From positions 1,428,001 to 1,492,000 of the forward strand of contig NC_087438.1 in NCBI RefSeq assembly GCF_036321535.1: 64,000 nucleotides of DNA. Reading direction: 5' to 3'. Below the pieces are notes generated by a model. The model made no database searches and had not been told where the DNA came from. It was given only the letters and a program-made list of their open reading frames with translations. The stretch comes from Camelus dromedarius. Its lineage: Eukaryota. This document shows, piece by piece, positions 36,800 to 48,800 of this stretch. The translations under genes were made by a program, and so were the position numbers. How positions within the stretch are numbered: position 1 is the stretch's first letter; every line of letters begins with the position of its first letter.

Positions 36800-38250
36800 C
36801 TCCCTACACGAACACCGTGTAATTATTTATCCACTCCTCTTTGGCGAAGTACTCGCATTGGTTCTAATTTTTCTCAATCTCAGACCACGTTGAAGCAGAC
36901 AGGACGCACCCCTGGAAATGTATAAGGTTCTCCTCAGACTCGCCGTCGTCTCAGCAGCTGACACGCCCACCCGGAGGGCGCGAGGTGCTCGCCCCCCACT
37001 TTCTCAGCGCTGCTTGTGGGATCAGATTTAAACATTTTTGCCAAACTGGTGAGTATGACCTGATAACCTTAATTATCATTTCTCTGACTAGCGCCAGTGT
37101 CCTCTGCTGGACCTGTGTGCTTTATGCCTTGGCTTCCTCTCCTGTCTGTGTGTCTTCCTTCCTGCGCTCTCGTGAGACTGCACACCGTGGGAGGCGCCTC
37201 TGTACGCCAGGACACCACTCTCCCGTCACTTACGTCACCACAATGTAAGTTTCTGGCACATTTTTGACCCAAGTTTTTCCTTTTAATGTATTGAAAAGTT
37301 TCTCTTTTTTTCCTTTACTGTTTTGCTTTCTTTTTCCTGCTTTTTTGTCTTCTTGAGGAAATCGTTTCTTACTCTCAAAATCATAAAAGTAACTACTTGC
37401 ATTATCTTCAAAGTGCTTTAAGGCAGCACTTTTCACATTGAGCTTTTACGGTGTGATTTCCTGTATGGTGTTGACACAAATAATCAATAAACAATCTACA
37501 GTAAAGAAGAACAGGGAGCTTTACTCAAGCCATGCGGAAGCCTGCAGCCCAGGGGACGGTCAGGGAGCCCTTGAACTGTGTTCCCCAGACTATCGATGGG
37601 CTGGGGTCTTGCACAGGCAAAACCCAGCCAGGCCCAGAGCTGTCCGTCAAGAGTGAGGCCTGGAGCTGTGAGAAGTAAGGGCGCTCGCTGAGCAGCATTG
37701 GCCGGGGTCCAGAGCAGTCGCACTATGACAAGGGACGACCTTGAGCCCATACGGGTGCCGCTGGCAGCTGGGTGCAGACGCTGCTTTGAGAACGGCTGGC
37801 AGTGCCCTTGAGTTCGATACGGTTCAGGAAATTCCCGTTCTGAGCGAGTCAGGAACGTGTCCGAGCCCACACCCACAGCGGCCCCGGGCTCCGTTCGCAG
37901 GCCTGAGCACAGTGACTCCATTTTGACTTTTAAATGATCTAAACTATGTCACAGTGGTATAGCGTGGGAATCTAGTTTTGTTACACGTTTCCACGTGACT
38001 AATCAGTTTTTTAAGCAGATTGCATTAGTCCTTCCGTCTTTCCTCTGTAAATCCCACTTCTAGCTTCTGCATGACGTGTCCACACGGCTACCGGGTGTTC
38101 TTGAGGTTTGTCTCCCCCCAGAAGCGCACTGTTGAGGTCTGAACGGCACTTGTATCAAGCTCACAGGGTGCTCTGGGGAGAATATTACCTTTGCAGTGAT
38201 GAGTCTTCTCCATGAAGAGTACCTTCCTCGTGGCCAGGAGGTCCTTCACG
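36800..38250 (-). mobile_element. Ancient L1 (L1ME-like) fragment interrupted by an LTR
   Basis: ATTTATCCACTCCTCT..., AAACATTTTTGCCAAACTGGTGAG, TGATTTCCTGTATGG | LTR | GTGGTATAGCGTGGGAATCTAGTTT; antisense L1 ORF2 continues across the insertion. Confidence 0.6.
37469..37953 (-). mobile_element. ERV1-class solo LTR with 4-bp TSD
   Basis: TG...CA termini (TGTTGAC...GTCACA); flanks ATGG (37465-37468) and GTGG (37954-37957); the minus strand begins TGTGACATAGTTT...GTCAAAATGGAGTC, an ERV1-type U3 start. Confidence 0.75.
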
Positions 38251-38284
38251 GGACGTGTGGCCAAGGGCGGATGGACACAGCATC

Positions 38285-38570
38285 GTCACGGCCCCTCCCA
38301 GCTCCTCTCCTCGGGGCTCTGAGGTGCCTTAGTGACATGCTTGACCAACAGATTGTGTTGGGAGTGGAGTGACCGCCATGTCCCAATGCCTGGGTGCTGC
38401 CGATTTTGGCACTGAAACCCGCATCCCAAACATCTCTCTATGTCCACATCAGGTAGAGACGGTCAGTCATCCCAGGACTTCAGAGACAGACCACGAGATT
38501 GCCGGTGACGACATGCCTTTGGTGATGAGCTGTTGTGTCTGCTCGGCTGCAGGCTTGGGTAAGGCTTGAG
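38285..38570 (+). mobile_element. Degenerate MaLR (old MLT1-type) LTR
   Basis: CCTTAGTGACATGCTTGACCAACAGATTGTGTTGGGAGTGG resembles the MLT1 motif GTGACTTGCTTTGACCAATAGAATGTGG. Confidence 0.45.
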
Positions 38571-41500
38571 CCCACGAGGTGCCTCCCCTCCCTCAGCTGT
38601 CCCGCAGTGGCCCAGAGCTGACTCTCACTCCAGTCGCATGATGCACGGGCCCTGACGCTGTCTGTGGAATCTGGGGGAGTGATTTATGCAAACTGGATCA
38701 TAATTGGATCCCAACGATACCGTTGCTGTTTAAAGAAATCCTGCATACGTGTCGATAAAGCGAGGGAAGTCTCGCTCCTTACCAGCTTTGTGAGCGTGAG
38801 TTGGATTTTCTTAAGCTGGTCCACCTCCTAGAATGCCGGATGCACTACGAAGCATATCGCCCGTGCGCAGACGGCCGTCAGTCAGGCGGTGACGCCAAAT
38901 TAGCAGGGCCTCCACCTTAGTGCTTTTTGTAAGTTGGAATGTGATAACCACAGGAACACAATAAGGAACTAGTAATAAAGGTGCTAAGGAGAGAAATTAC
39001 TCTAAATGGGAAATAAATTGCACTGAATTATGAGGTCTGGGGCGTGTGCTGTCGCCACAGCTGCACCCTGGGACCCAGGCGTGCCTGGCGTGTGATCAGC
39101 CCTCGGTCAATCTTGCTGAGTATTTGCGATACCGGGGACCCATGTCTCATAAACATGCTGTCACCACTTAACTCAATTTTCTACAAAACAAAATCTATTC
39201 TAACTACTTTTGAATAATCTCCTCCAGAATCCACATCAGGGGCCCCCACGTAGTTCAGTCCACCCCCTAACAAGATCATTTTGTCAACTGAATATCTGAT
39301 GTTCACGGATCCAGTCCAACCCAGACGACTAACGTGGATTCCCTTTCTGCGCCAGGCTGCCAGCATTTTCTGGGTCCACTCCACGCTGTTTACAAGGTGA
39401 ATGAAGCCACAGCGTGTAAGGCAGGGGAGAGGGCGGGAGTCGTTCCTAAGGGCGCCCCTTTGACGGCTGGCATCCTGCTGGTCGACACCCTTGAGTGAGC
39501 TTCTACCCAGAGTCAACAAAGTGCTTTTCCAGAAATAGACACTTTCTCACTCACAAGTGGGGACAAGAGACTAACTCGCCATCTCAATATTGGATGGACG
39601 AGAAATCCAGTGAAGTAAAATCTCTTTTTTATGTGATAAGAGGTTCAGATAAGAAATGAAACAGCAGGTGACGTTGGATGGAAGGCTGGGCTGTGCACAG
39701 CGGGGCTCACTCGTCTGTCTCTGGGCTGGACTGCGCGGGCCACCGCGGGTCTCCTCTGGGTGGGCCCCTCCCCCGGGGATGGGGACAGTGAGACCGCATC
39801 GCGGGGTCCAGACAAGAGGGTGCGGCTGCCTCGGGTGGAGACTGCATCGCACCTCTCACCTGACACCTCATCGGGTGGACGGAAGACGTGCGTGCAGACC
39901 TGCGGGCTCTCCAGAGGTCAGCGCCTGCTTATTCTGGACACGATTTTGAACCCGAGTGGCAAGTTTATGATGGCTGGAAAAAACACACATGCACACACAT
40001 GCGCATCACACCCAACCCCCCACCCCGCTCACACACACGTGTGAATACCGTCAGGACGGGCCTTTCCAGCGCTCACACTGAGCTGGACTCGTGGACGACC
40101 TGGTCTCCTGGAAACTCAGACAGCATTACTGTCAGCACCATTCTCCAAATGCCCTTGCTTTTGGCAAAGCCCTGAAGCAGCCAGGTTTAAAACTTCCTTT
40201 TGGAGTTACATTCGTAAGGTGCTTTGCTCTGTCCGGGGGAAGTCATGATCACGGTGGAACATGTCTTCACGCGGCAGGCGGTAGCTCGCCCATCTTTCGT
40301 TCCTCTTGGGACCTCAGCAGTCACGCTGTAGGTCCCTTACGCAGCTGTGCCAATCCTCATAGATCTGACCGTGCCCCCGAAAGCCTGCTGCCCCCCAGAT
40401 CGTGGGACCAAGAGTTATAGACACCCTGGGAACCGCTCTTCTCCCCTTGGCCCGACAGGGCCCAGGGGGCAAAAGCGCTGGGGAGGCTGGAGTAGGGACA
40501 GAGGGGCCACATCCGGCTCCTGCTTTTTACCTTCTATGTGGAAAGTCCCGAGGGCCATGCTGCCCTCCACGGTTCCCGCCAAGCTGCCTGTTGCAGGGTC
40601 CACGGTGGTTCCCGGAAGCAGAGGGTCCTGCTCTCAGAGGCTCTGACAGTCCTGGGAGCCCGAGATCCCGGTGTCCCGTGTGCTCCCAGGAAACGGCCAG
40701 CTGGCTGGGCAGCTGGTCCCGTGGGCTCTGAAGCACAGCTTTTCTGACCCCAGGCAGCACCCTGGTCTCCTCGCTACCATGGAGAGATGCTCTCCCTCCC
40801 TTGGACGTGATGCCCCCAGCTCAGCACAGGAAAATGCGGGCTTTGTTTACAGTATTGACCAAAGCATTGATCTATAGAATAAATTAAAATTGATCATCCT
40901 ATTGCTGGTGTGTCGGCATTCTGTGATTTCAAAAAAAGAAAACAGAGTGTGTGTCAAGAAGAGTGAGGACCCCGAGAGCTACAGAACAGGCCAGGTGCAG
41001 AGTGCTATCGACCCGTGACCTGGAGGGACCGAGCCAGGCTTGTTGTGTGTGTCAGCTTCCATTTTCAGCCAGACCTGGATGCAGACGCGAAGTTCCACCA
41101 AGGATCCTGGCATCCTGGCATGTTGGGAAGAACCCTGACTATCCAGGAAGGTGTGCACGGGAGACACAGACCATGATGACGCCTGGATTCTGGTTTTATG
41201 TCTTCATGGTAAGCGGAGGATGGTCGTGTATTTTGGGAAAAGGCAGTTACTAGAACAGCTCCCAAGAACGCCCTCTGAGGACGCATTGGTGGGAGATGGG
41301 AGGCGGACCTGGGCCCTCTGACCCATGTCCAGGTCGCTCCCTCCCCCCGGGCCGTGCCCCAGCTGCTGTCCCTGCATCGTCCCTGGGCAATGAGCAGGTG
41401 TCCTTGCAGTAGAGTCTGAGTCTGGCATCTCAGCCACCGCCTGCGAAACCCTGAGAGCCATCCTGCTGCTCCAACGGCACGATCGCCTGCTCCTGGTGGC

Positions 41501-44500
41501 CGAGATCCTGTCCGACGGAAAGAGACAGGTGCCCTGAGTCGGGGAGGGACCAGTGACGGGGCAGAGGGCTGGGCTGAGCAGCACCCCAGTCTCCTGCGTG
41601 TCTGGACAGTCATGTGCTCCTGGACAATCACGGGGCGAGAACCGAAATCCTTGCTCTTTAACAGTCCCTGCACCCACGTGGGACACAGAAGGGCGCAGGC
41701 AGGGGTGGGCGGGGAGCGTCCTGCACGCAGTCATCTGGATGCTCGTGAAGACAGGATGTGATCCTGTGCAAACGCATGTGTCTCTGAGTCTGGACCAGCT
41801 GGGGAGCCAGACGCCCCAGGTCAGGACGTCGGGTCGGTGTGATGCGCTGGGACCTGAGCGACCAGAACACCCCAAGGGGCTTGCACTCGCAACATCCAGC
41901 TGTGGGAAACGTACTCAGTAAACAGAGCGCAGGGAGAGGGCTTTCGAGGATGGATTATGTGCACCTTCAACAATCAGGAGCCTTTGAAAGCGCTTCGAGG
42001 AGGAGGTGCTGACCGGTCAGGGCTCGGTGCAGGGCCCCGTGGGGCGAGGCACTCAGGACGGCCCCGAGGCGGACCGTGGGCGTGGGCACAGCGAGGATGC
42101 CCCGCTTGTTACGGGACAAGCGGCTGCTTCCTGGGTCCCCACACTCAGCCTTCAGTCCCCACGGTCTCACCCCTGAGAACTCAGGCTGAAACGGGCAGCT
42201 CTGAGTGGTGAATGAAATGTACCTCGCCCCAGGTCAGAAACAAACCCTGAATCACATTTTCGCTTTGATGGGCCTGAGCTGGCAAACATTTTCACGGGAA
42301 GTGAATTTCCTGGCAAATTCCAACCTTGTAAAACCTGGTTAGGATACAGAGTTCTCTCTGACACAGGGTTGCCCGGCGTCCCCATCTGCCCGGGTGGCAG
42401 TGCGTCACTGCCATCCCAGTGTGTCTGTGCTCTGGGGACGCCCACAGCGCTGGGGACCGGGGTCTGGGGGTGATGCTGACCTCCCACCTCAGGGTCTTCG
42501 ACGGGACCTCGAGTCCTTGGCACACTTTAGCAGGTTCCCCAAGTTCCCCCGGCCGGTGGAAGGGCCATCTCCTCCCGGAGTTTGGAATCTGAAAAGAGCA
42601 TCTGAGAAAAGAGCACGTGGGAGAAAGCAGGGCCCAGGCAGTTGTTGTAACTGTGCTGGACGGCGATGCAGCTCTGGAGGCACGAGCTGGGGACATTTTC
42701 TCTTCCTTCGAGTCTCCGAAGCAACATCTCTTTGAAATACGTGGGTATAACGTTCAGGGTTTGGATCACACAGCCAGTCTAGATCCATTAGAACTCTCCT
42801 CTCCCTCAAATGCACCTGGAAATGATAAAAAAAAGACAAACCCAGCTGCCTATTTTGAGTAATGCTGGCAAAGTTTTCCAAGACGTGTGCGGTTCGCTCG
42901 CACAGCTGAGCGGGGTCAGGGGTGTTGTCAGCTCCGCGCGCAGGGCGTTTGGTGCGGGATCGCTGCTCCCGGGGGCCAGGCTCGCTGCCCTGGTATCTCA
43001 GGTTCTGCAGTTTAAAGCCCAGCGTCTGCCAGGAGCTGCTCTCACCGCTGCTGTGAAACACATCAGCTGAACATTGTAGAAACAAAGGGGCCCACACAGC
43101 CGCCCAGATTTCTGAACACTTAAAAAAATGCACATCAAAGAGCACATGTGGGGGTCGTTCTGCGTCTTGAACTAGTAGCAACACTTTCATTTAAACACTT
43201 GAGATATTTTTATAAACACGGAGCTGTGCGCCTGCCTTACACAACGTGCGGCAGCGCCTCTTCGCGGAAACAAGTAACTGAGCGGCGATGCACTGGACGC
43301 AGCCTCCCCGGGGGGCGCACAGCGGAGGGGCGTGGAGCTGCAGGCCGGCCAGCACCCTGCAGAGCCAGCGGCCTTGGGGAGCACGTGTGCACATGCGTGT
43401 GCATGCTGGGGCAGAGGGTCGGCATAGGACCAACCCTCAGGGCACCCGCAGGCGCCACGTCGTAGGGCCTCTCCCAGGACGTGAGTCTGGTGCAGGTTGC
43501 GAGGAGGTGCTGCCTTCACCCCAGGACGAGCATGGCTTTCTTCCCTTCTGCAACCTGCCCCCCGCTGTGAGGGACGGGCATCCTGGGTCCTGCCCCGACC
43601 CTGCAGACTCAGGGGTCTTTTGGTGCCTACAGGAAGGGATGGGCGACTCTCCAAAACAAGAGAAAACAGAGAAACAGTCAATGTGCTGGGTCCTAATCTG
43701 TTTGGCCAGCTCTACCCAGAATATTCCAAACTAAGACTCACGCGCGTAATCTCATCAACCACCAGCCTCTCTCTGGAGCAGACGGACATCACAACCTTTG
43801 TAATAAGGCCGAAGCCGGGCTCACGGGGCTGGGTGGTCTAGCCACACGTCTCCTGGGGACTTTGCAGTAACTACTCAACCACATCTTCCCTGTGACGGCA
43901 GAGTTTAGATCTGCGGGGTCCCTGTTACATTTGGCCTCCTCTGCGCCACGTCACTGAATCGATTCGCATCAGTTAAACGCATGATGAAAGCAGGGAGAGG
44001 CGACCTCCGAGTGCCCAGAGCACACCCTCTCCCCAGAGGCCCTGGGGAAGCCCTCTCTGAGCTTCTGCATCTGCGCTGGGGGCTCCGAGACCCACAAGGA
44101 GCGGGCAGCGGCCCGGACGAACCCTGCGGCTCTCCACCCACCTGCCTGAGGTCCTGCCTTTGCCTGACGGACTCAGAGAGCAGGGACGGCTCTGGCGCGT
44201 GGACGCAGTGCTGAAGGGAGGAGCGTCTGCTCAGGGGCCGGCGCCAGGCGGGGACGCCCGTGCTGGAGCCTCGTCAGGGCTGCGATGGGGGACAGGGCAC
44301 GCGTCAGTGAGGGCCGGCGAGGTGGCTCGGGCAGGGTCTGTGGACAAATGGCCTTCCTCCCTCAGTCTCTGATCCTGGTGTCCCTTAGGGATGAAGCACG
44401 TGGACGGATGTCCCAGGCTGGACATTCATAAGCAAGCTGCGCCAGCGCGGCGTCTCGCAGACCTCGTGCTCAGTTCTGCCGTCTGCAGAGAGCGGGATCC

Positions 44501-45239
44501 GCTGTGCTGAAAACCCAGTTACTAATGCATGAAGAGGCCTGGCTGAGCGCCGAGGGCGTGGTCCTTCCTGTCATTGTCACGTTTTCTTACCAGGATCCCC
44601 ATCAAACAAAAGGGCAGGTAGACTTTCCCTGAGGCAGGAGCTCACGTGGCTCTGGGAGGTGGGTGACCCGGGGCCACTGGGATGCTGGATCCTGGCCGGC
44701 GGGTCAGCTCGGAGCGCGGGGAGGCTACTGTTACTCCCCGGGGACAGGGAGGGGCTGCGGATGCCGCGCGGGCGGGGGTCAGGGGCAGGGAGCCCTGCCT
44801 TCGGCTCTGTCATGTGACCGCCGGGCAGCACCCAGCAGAGGCCCCCCTCCTCCTGAAGGTCCCCCCAGGCAGGTCGAAGAAGACCCTCCTAGGGTGACGT
44901 GGGGAGAGGGGGTCCTGCCTCCCCGCAATGCGGGGAGCCCACCCCTCTGCGCACACGATCCCCTGCCCTCTGCTGGCAGGAAGGACGGTCTGGGGCAAGG
45001 AGTCACTGGGTCGGGGTCCGCCTGGCTCAGCAGAAATCCAGTGGCTTCCCCACCCGGCCTCTCTCTCTAGTGGGGTCTCAGTGGGGGCAGCCCTGGACCC
45101 TAGGGTGAGTCACCCCCAAATGCAGACCTCGGGGCACACTTGGGAGGATGAATTACTCTGTGACGCAGCCTCCTCACTGGTCCAGCTGATGGCTTTTCTT
45201 CTGGGACCGAGTCCCGCAGAAGCCAGAGGAGGGCGGAAC

Positions 45240-45595
45240 CAGTAAGGCACTTGCTGTGGCAAAAGGTTCGAGGGACGCTGACAGCCTCAGTTATCAAGGA
45301 AAATCATATTTAATGCTGCACTTCAGAAAATCGGAAGGAACGCTAACACAGGTCCCTGCAAACACCTGAAGTTACTCCGAGGACTGCAGTCACCATGGCA
45401 GGGCCCGTGGTGGGCTGAGCTGAGCCACTGCCGACTCTGAGGGGGAGGCCACGGTGCAGCACGGACCCCACGCTGATGTAACTTCCTGTGTTCGGCCGCC
45501 GTGGGTTTGCTGCATGAATTTTGATATCCTTAAATTACAGTATTATTTATCTTGATGGATTGAGCTTTGGGGACCCCTAAACATCATGCCTGAGA
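45240..45595. mobile_element. hAT-type MITE with long inverted arms (MER96B-like)
   Basis: Left arm CTCAGTTATCAAGGAAAATCATATTTAATGC (45286-45316) and right arm TATTATTTATCTTGATGGATTGAG (45541-45564) are degenerate reverse complements. Confidence 0.65.
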
Positions 45596-45596
45596 T

Positions 45597-45860
45597 GCTG
45601 TGGGTTGAATGGGGTCTCTCCCCAATTCACACAGTGAAGTCATAACCTCCAAAGCCTCAGAATGTGAGCTTGTCAGGAAGGGGGTCACTGCTGATGTCAC
45701 GAGTTACGATGTGGTCGCACTGGAGGAAGTGGACCCTGATCCAGGAGGACTGGTGTCCTGGAGAGAAGAGGACGTTTGGACACAGATACATGGGGAGGCA
45801 CCTGTGAGTGTGAAGGCAGACTGGGCGATGCTTCTCTGCCAGGTCCCCAGGTGAACGCTG
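45597..45860 (+). mobile_element. MaLR LTR (MLT1B-like)
   Basis: TGCTGTGGGTTGAAT...GAAGTCATAACCTCC...CTCAGAATGTGA...GACTGGTGTCCT...AGAAGAGG...TTTGGACACAGA...GATGCTTCT. Confidence 0.85.
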
Positions 45861-48800
45861 GAGCACGTCGCTGTGGGGAGCGAAGCATGCCGGTCCCCGA
45901 GGAGTCCAGGTGGGACCCGGGCACACGTGGTGTTCCTCCTCCTGCGACCTCCTGGGATGTCCCCACCCTGCGTGTGTGGTGCAGGTGTTGGTAGGTACAC
46001 AGGACGTGAGACTGGACGTGTGTCACGGGAAGCCAATTGGCGACTCTCAGGTGGGAGGTTGGGAGGCGGGGTGGGGAGCAGCAGGGCATGGACACCCGCT
46101 GCGTCCGTGAGGCCCAGGCAGGGCTGCCACCCTCGGGAGGCGGCGCCTGCCCGGCTGCCCGGTGCATCCTGAGTCCCAGGGCCTCTCGCCCGCGGTGCCC
46201 ACGTGCCCACGCTCACTCCCTGGTCTGGAGCTCAGTGAGGCCGTGCCTGCAGGTCCAAGCTCCCCCGGAGCTGCTGCTCCTGCAGAAGTCGCACCGCCAA
46301 GTCCATGGCCCCGTGCCTTGTGGAGAAGGAGGCGACCCCACAATGAGGGAGCAGGGCTGAGAGCAGGCCTGGCCGGCCCAGTCCCCGGAGAGCCCTCTTC
46401 TCCTGCGCAGACACCACCCCCGCCGGACTCTTCACCAGGCTCTCCTGGGTCACAAGGGGGACATGAAGAAGCAGACGGCTTCACCCCCACCCACCCCCGC
46501 TCCTAAGCAGCCTGTGCTCTGCCTGGTCCTCTGGGCCCCGAGGGACCTAAGTCTCTGTCGCTTTCCCGGAAATTTACTTAGATTCACCCCGTCCCCTGCT
46601 GGCCTCAAGCCTGCCTGGCGGGTCCCAGGCTCCAGATGGGGAAGAACCTTTCCTGTGCATAGAGGGTTGGGGCCGTGTGACCCTTTCCAGAGGGGCCCTT
46701 GGAGGCAAGACTCACCTGGGCCGGGATGAGCCCATCTGTCCAGGGGTCCTTCTTAGATGCTGCCCTGGCCCTGGGGTGGCCCTCAGCCTGACATGCTGTC
46801 CCCAGCTGCCCTCTGGGACCCCACCTTCCTCCACTGCTCAAGGACCCGACCCTGTTTCCATGGGGTTCAAGACCCCTGTTCCGACCTTGCCTTGCGGAAA
46901 AGTGTACAAACCCATGCTTACCGAGGGCGCCCCCCGAAACTGGCCCTGACAGACCCTGAATTAGACGTCACATTTGACTTTTTCCTCACGACCACCAGTT
47001 CTGACGGCTGGGCCAGCTGCTGGTGGGGGTTTATTGTCAGTGGAGGCTGAACGTCTTTCTTCATCTCATTCGAATTTGCTTTCTCACCTGGTGGTGAGAA
47101 CAGGGCTGCAAAGCTTGGTCAGAGCGTCATGACTGTAGAAAGATCCAGAATCACCGCGCCCATTAGTAGGGTCCAGAGCGAGCCGGACATGGCCCCCGAG
47201 GCTCGGTCCGCATCGCGCTGGCGGTGTTGCGGGGACGCACGCGTCTCTTTGTGGGGGTTTGGTGCGACCAGGCTGTCCCTTGCGGTGCTTCGATACTATT
47301 TTGTTGCCCTGATAGGATGATGGTGCTGTCTACTTAGGAATCAAAGTGAATTTCTACATTTTATGGCAAGTTGTTAATTGGGTCATTTTCTTCTTCTTAC
47401 CCGTCCCACCCTCTCTTCTAAGGACTTCTTTTGCCTTGACGCTCGGTGGCCAGTACACTAATTTCAGACTTAAACTTCACAGCCTTCCCCATTAACCTGA
47501 TCCCTGTTGCAGGAGCTGGGCCCAGCGGTGGGGGGTGGGGGGTGGCGTCTCTGATCAGGACGAAGAGGACAAGGACGGGGCAATGACCCCCCGTGTTGCC
47601 CTCCTAAAGAAGCCCTGATCGCCGAGATGCAATTCCATTCCTCTCTCACCCTTTGATTTTTTTTTTTTTAAGAACAAGATCAAATGTTTTGTATCAGTGT
47701 CAGGTTTTTATAACCATATAGAATAAATATTTTAAAGTCTGTAATTCAAAGAGGTGGCGGGCGGAGGCTGAGTCAGCACACCTGGGTCAGGGGTGAGTGC
47801 GAGCAGGGCTGCCTTCTCGGGGCTGGGCGCTTGTGCAGGCAGACGTGAACAAGCCTCGTGCACGGGATCAGAGGCTGGTCCCGACTGGTTGATCAGGTCT
47901 TGGGTATTTGCAGGATAAACGGTGACCTGGCTTAAAGCTCCTTCTTTGCAGCCTCCCAGCCCGTGCCAGCCCCCAGCCTGTCCGCATCTTGTGTGTCAGC
48001 CTCCACTCCTTTTCCCTGGGCTGCCCGCAGCAGTGACACATGGATGCTGCTCAGTGAACACGGCACCGAGCAGTCCGTGCCCGTGACTCTGGGACATAGG
48101 ACTTTGGTGAGAGGCTGTCACTGCGTCGACACAGACACACACTGCTAGTGATTTTAGTGCCCTCGTGGTGCAGCTGGACTTTTTAAGTTTCCCTAAAACC
48201 TGCCTCAAACGTGGCCCTTGGCTGCCAGTCCTCGGTCTTTTCTGGGTGTGAGAGAGGACCCCAGGTGACACTTTCTCCTCTTTCCAATTGAATAATGCAG
48301 AATTTTTAAAAAACTTTTGGCAACATTCTTTTTTGTTTTTCAGTCCCTTAACCATCCAACATGGCTTTGGAGAATGTACACAGGAGCATCCGCGTCCTCC
48401 TGGACAGCACGGCCCACATGCAGGTCGGGGTCTGTGTGAGTTTCTGCAACATGCGCCTTTCTTCCGAGGCTCCCACGCTTCCTCTGGGACGACGGGGCAG
48501 GACACTCCGCTGTGGGGGGGTCCCCTTCCCGAGGGGACTGTGTCACCTGGAGGACGGCACCTTCTTTCTGGTTGTGCCAATTACGGGTCTGCTTGCGAGT
48601 CAGAAGTCAGCTGCTCTGAACCAACTGCCTGGATTTTCAAACTTGGTCCTTGATGTGGGGAGACGCCGGACAGCTGAGGGGTGAGCCTTCCGCCCACGTC
48701 CTGCTGTCTCCTGTGCTCCCACAGGAGGGCCGCCTCTTGTGATGCAGAATTCCTGTCCGTCAAGAAACGCACTTTAAATTCATTCAAAATTATCTTTGAG

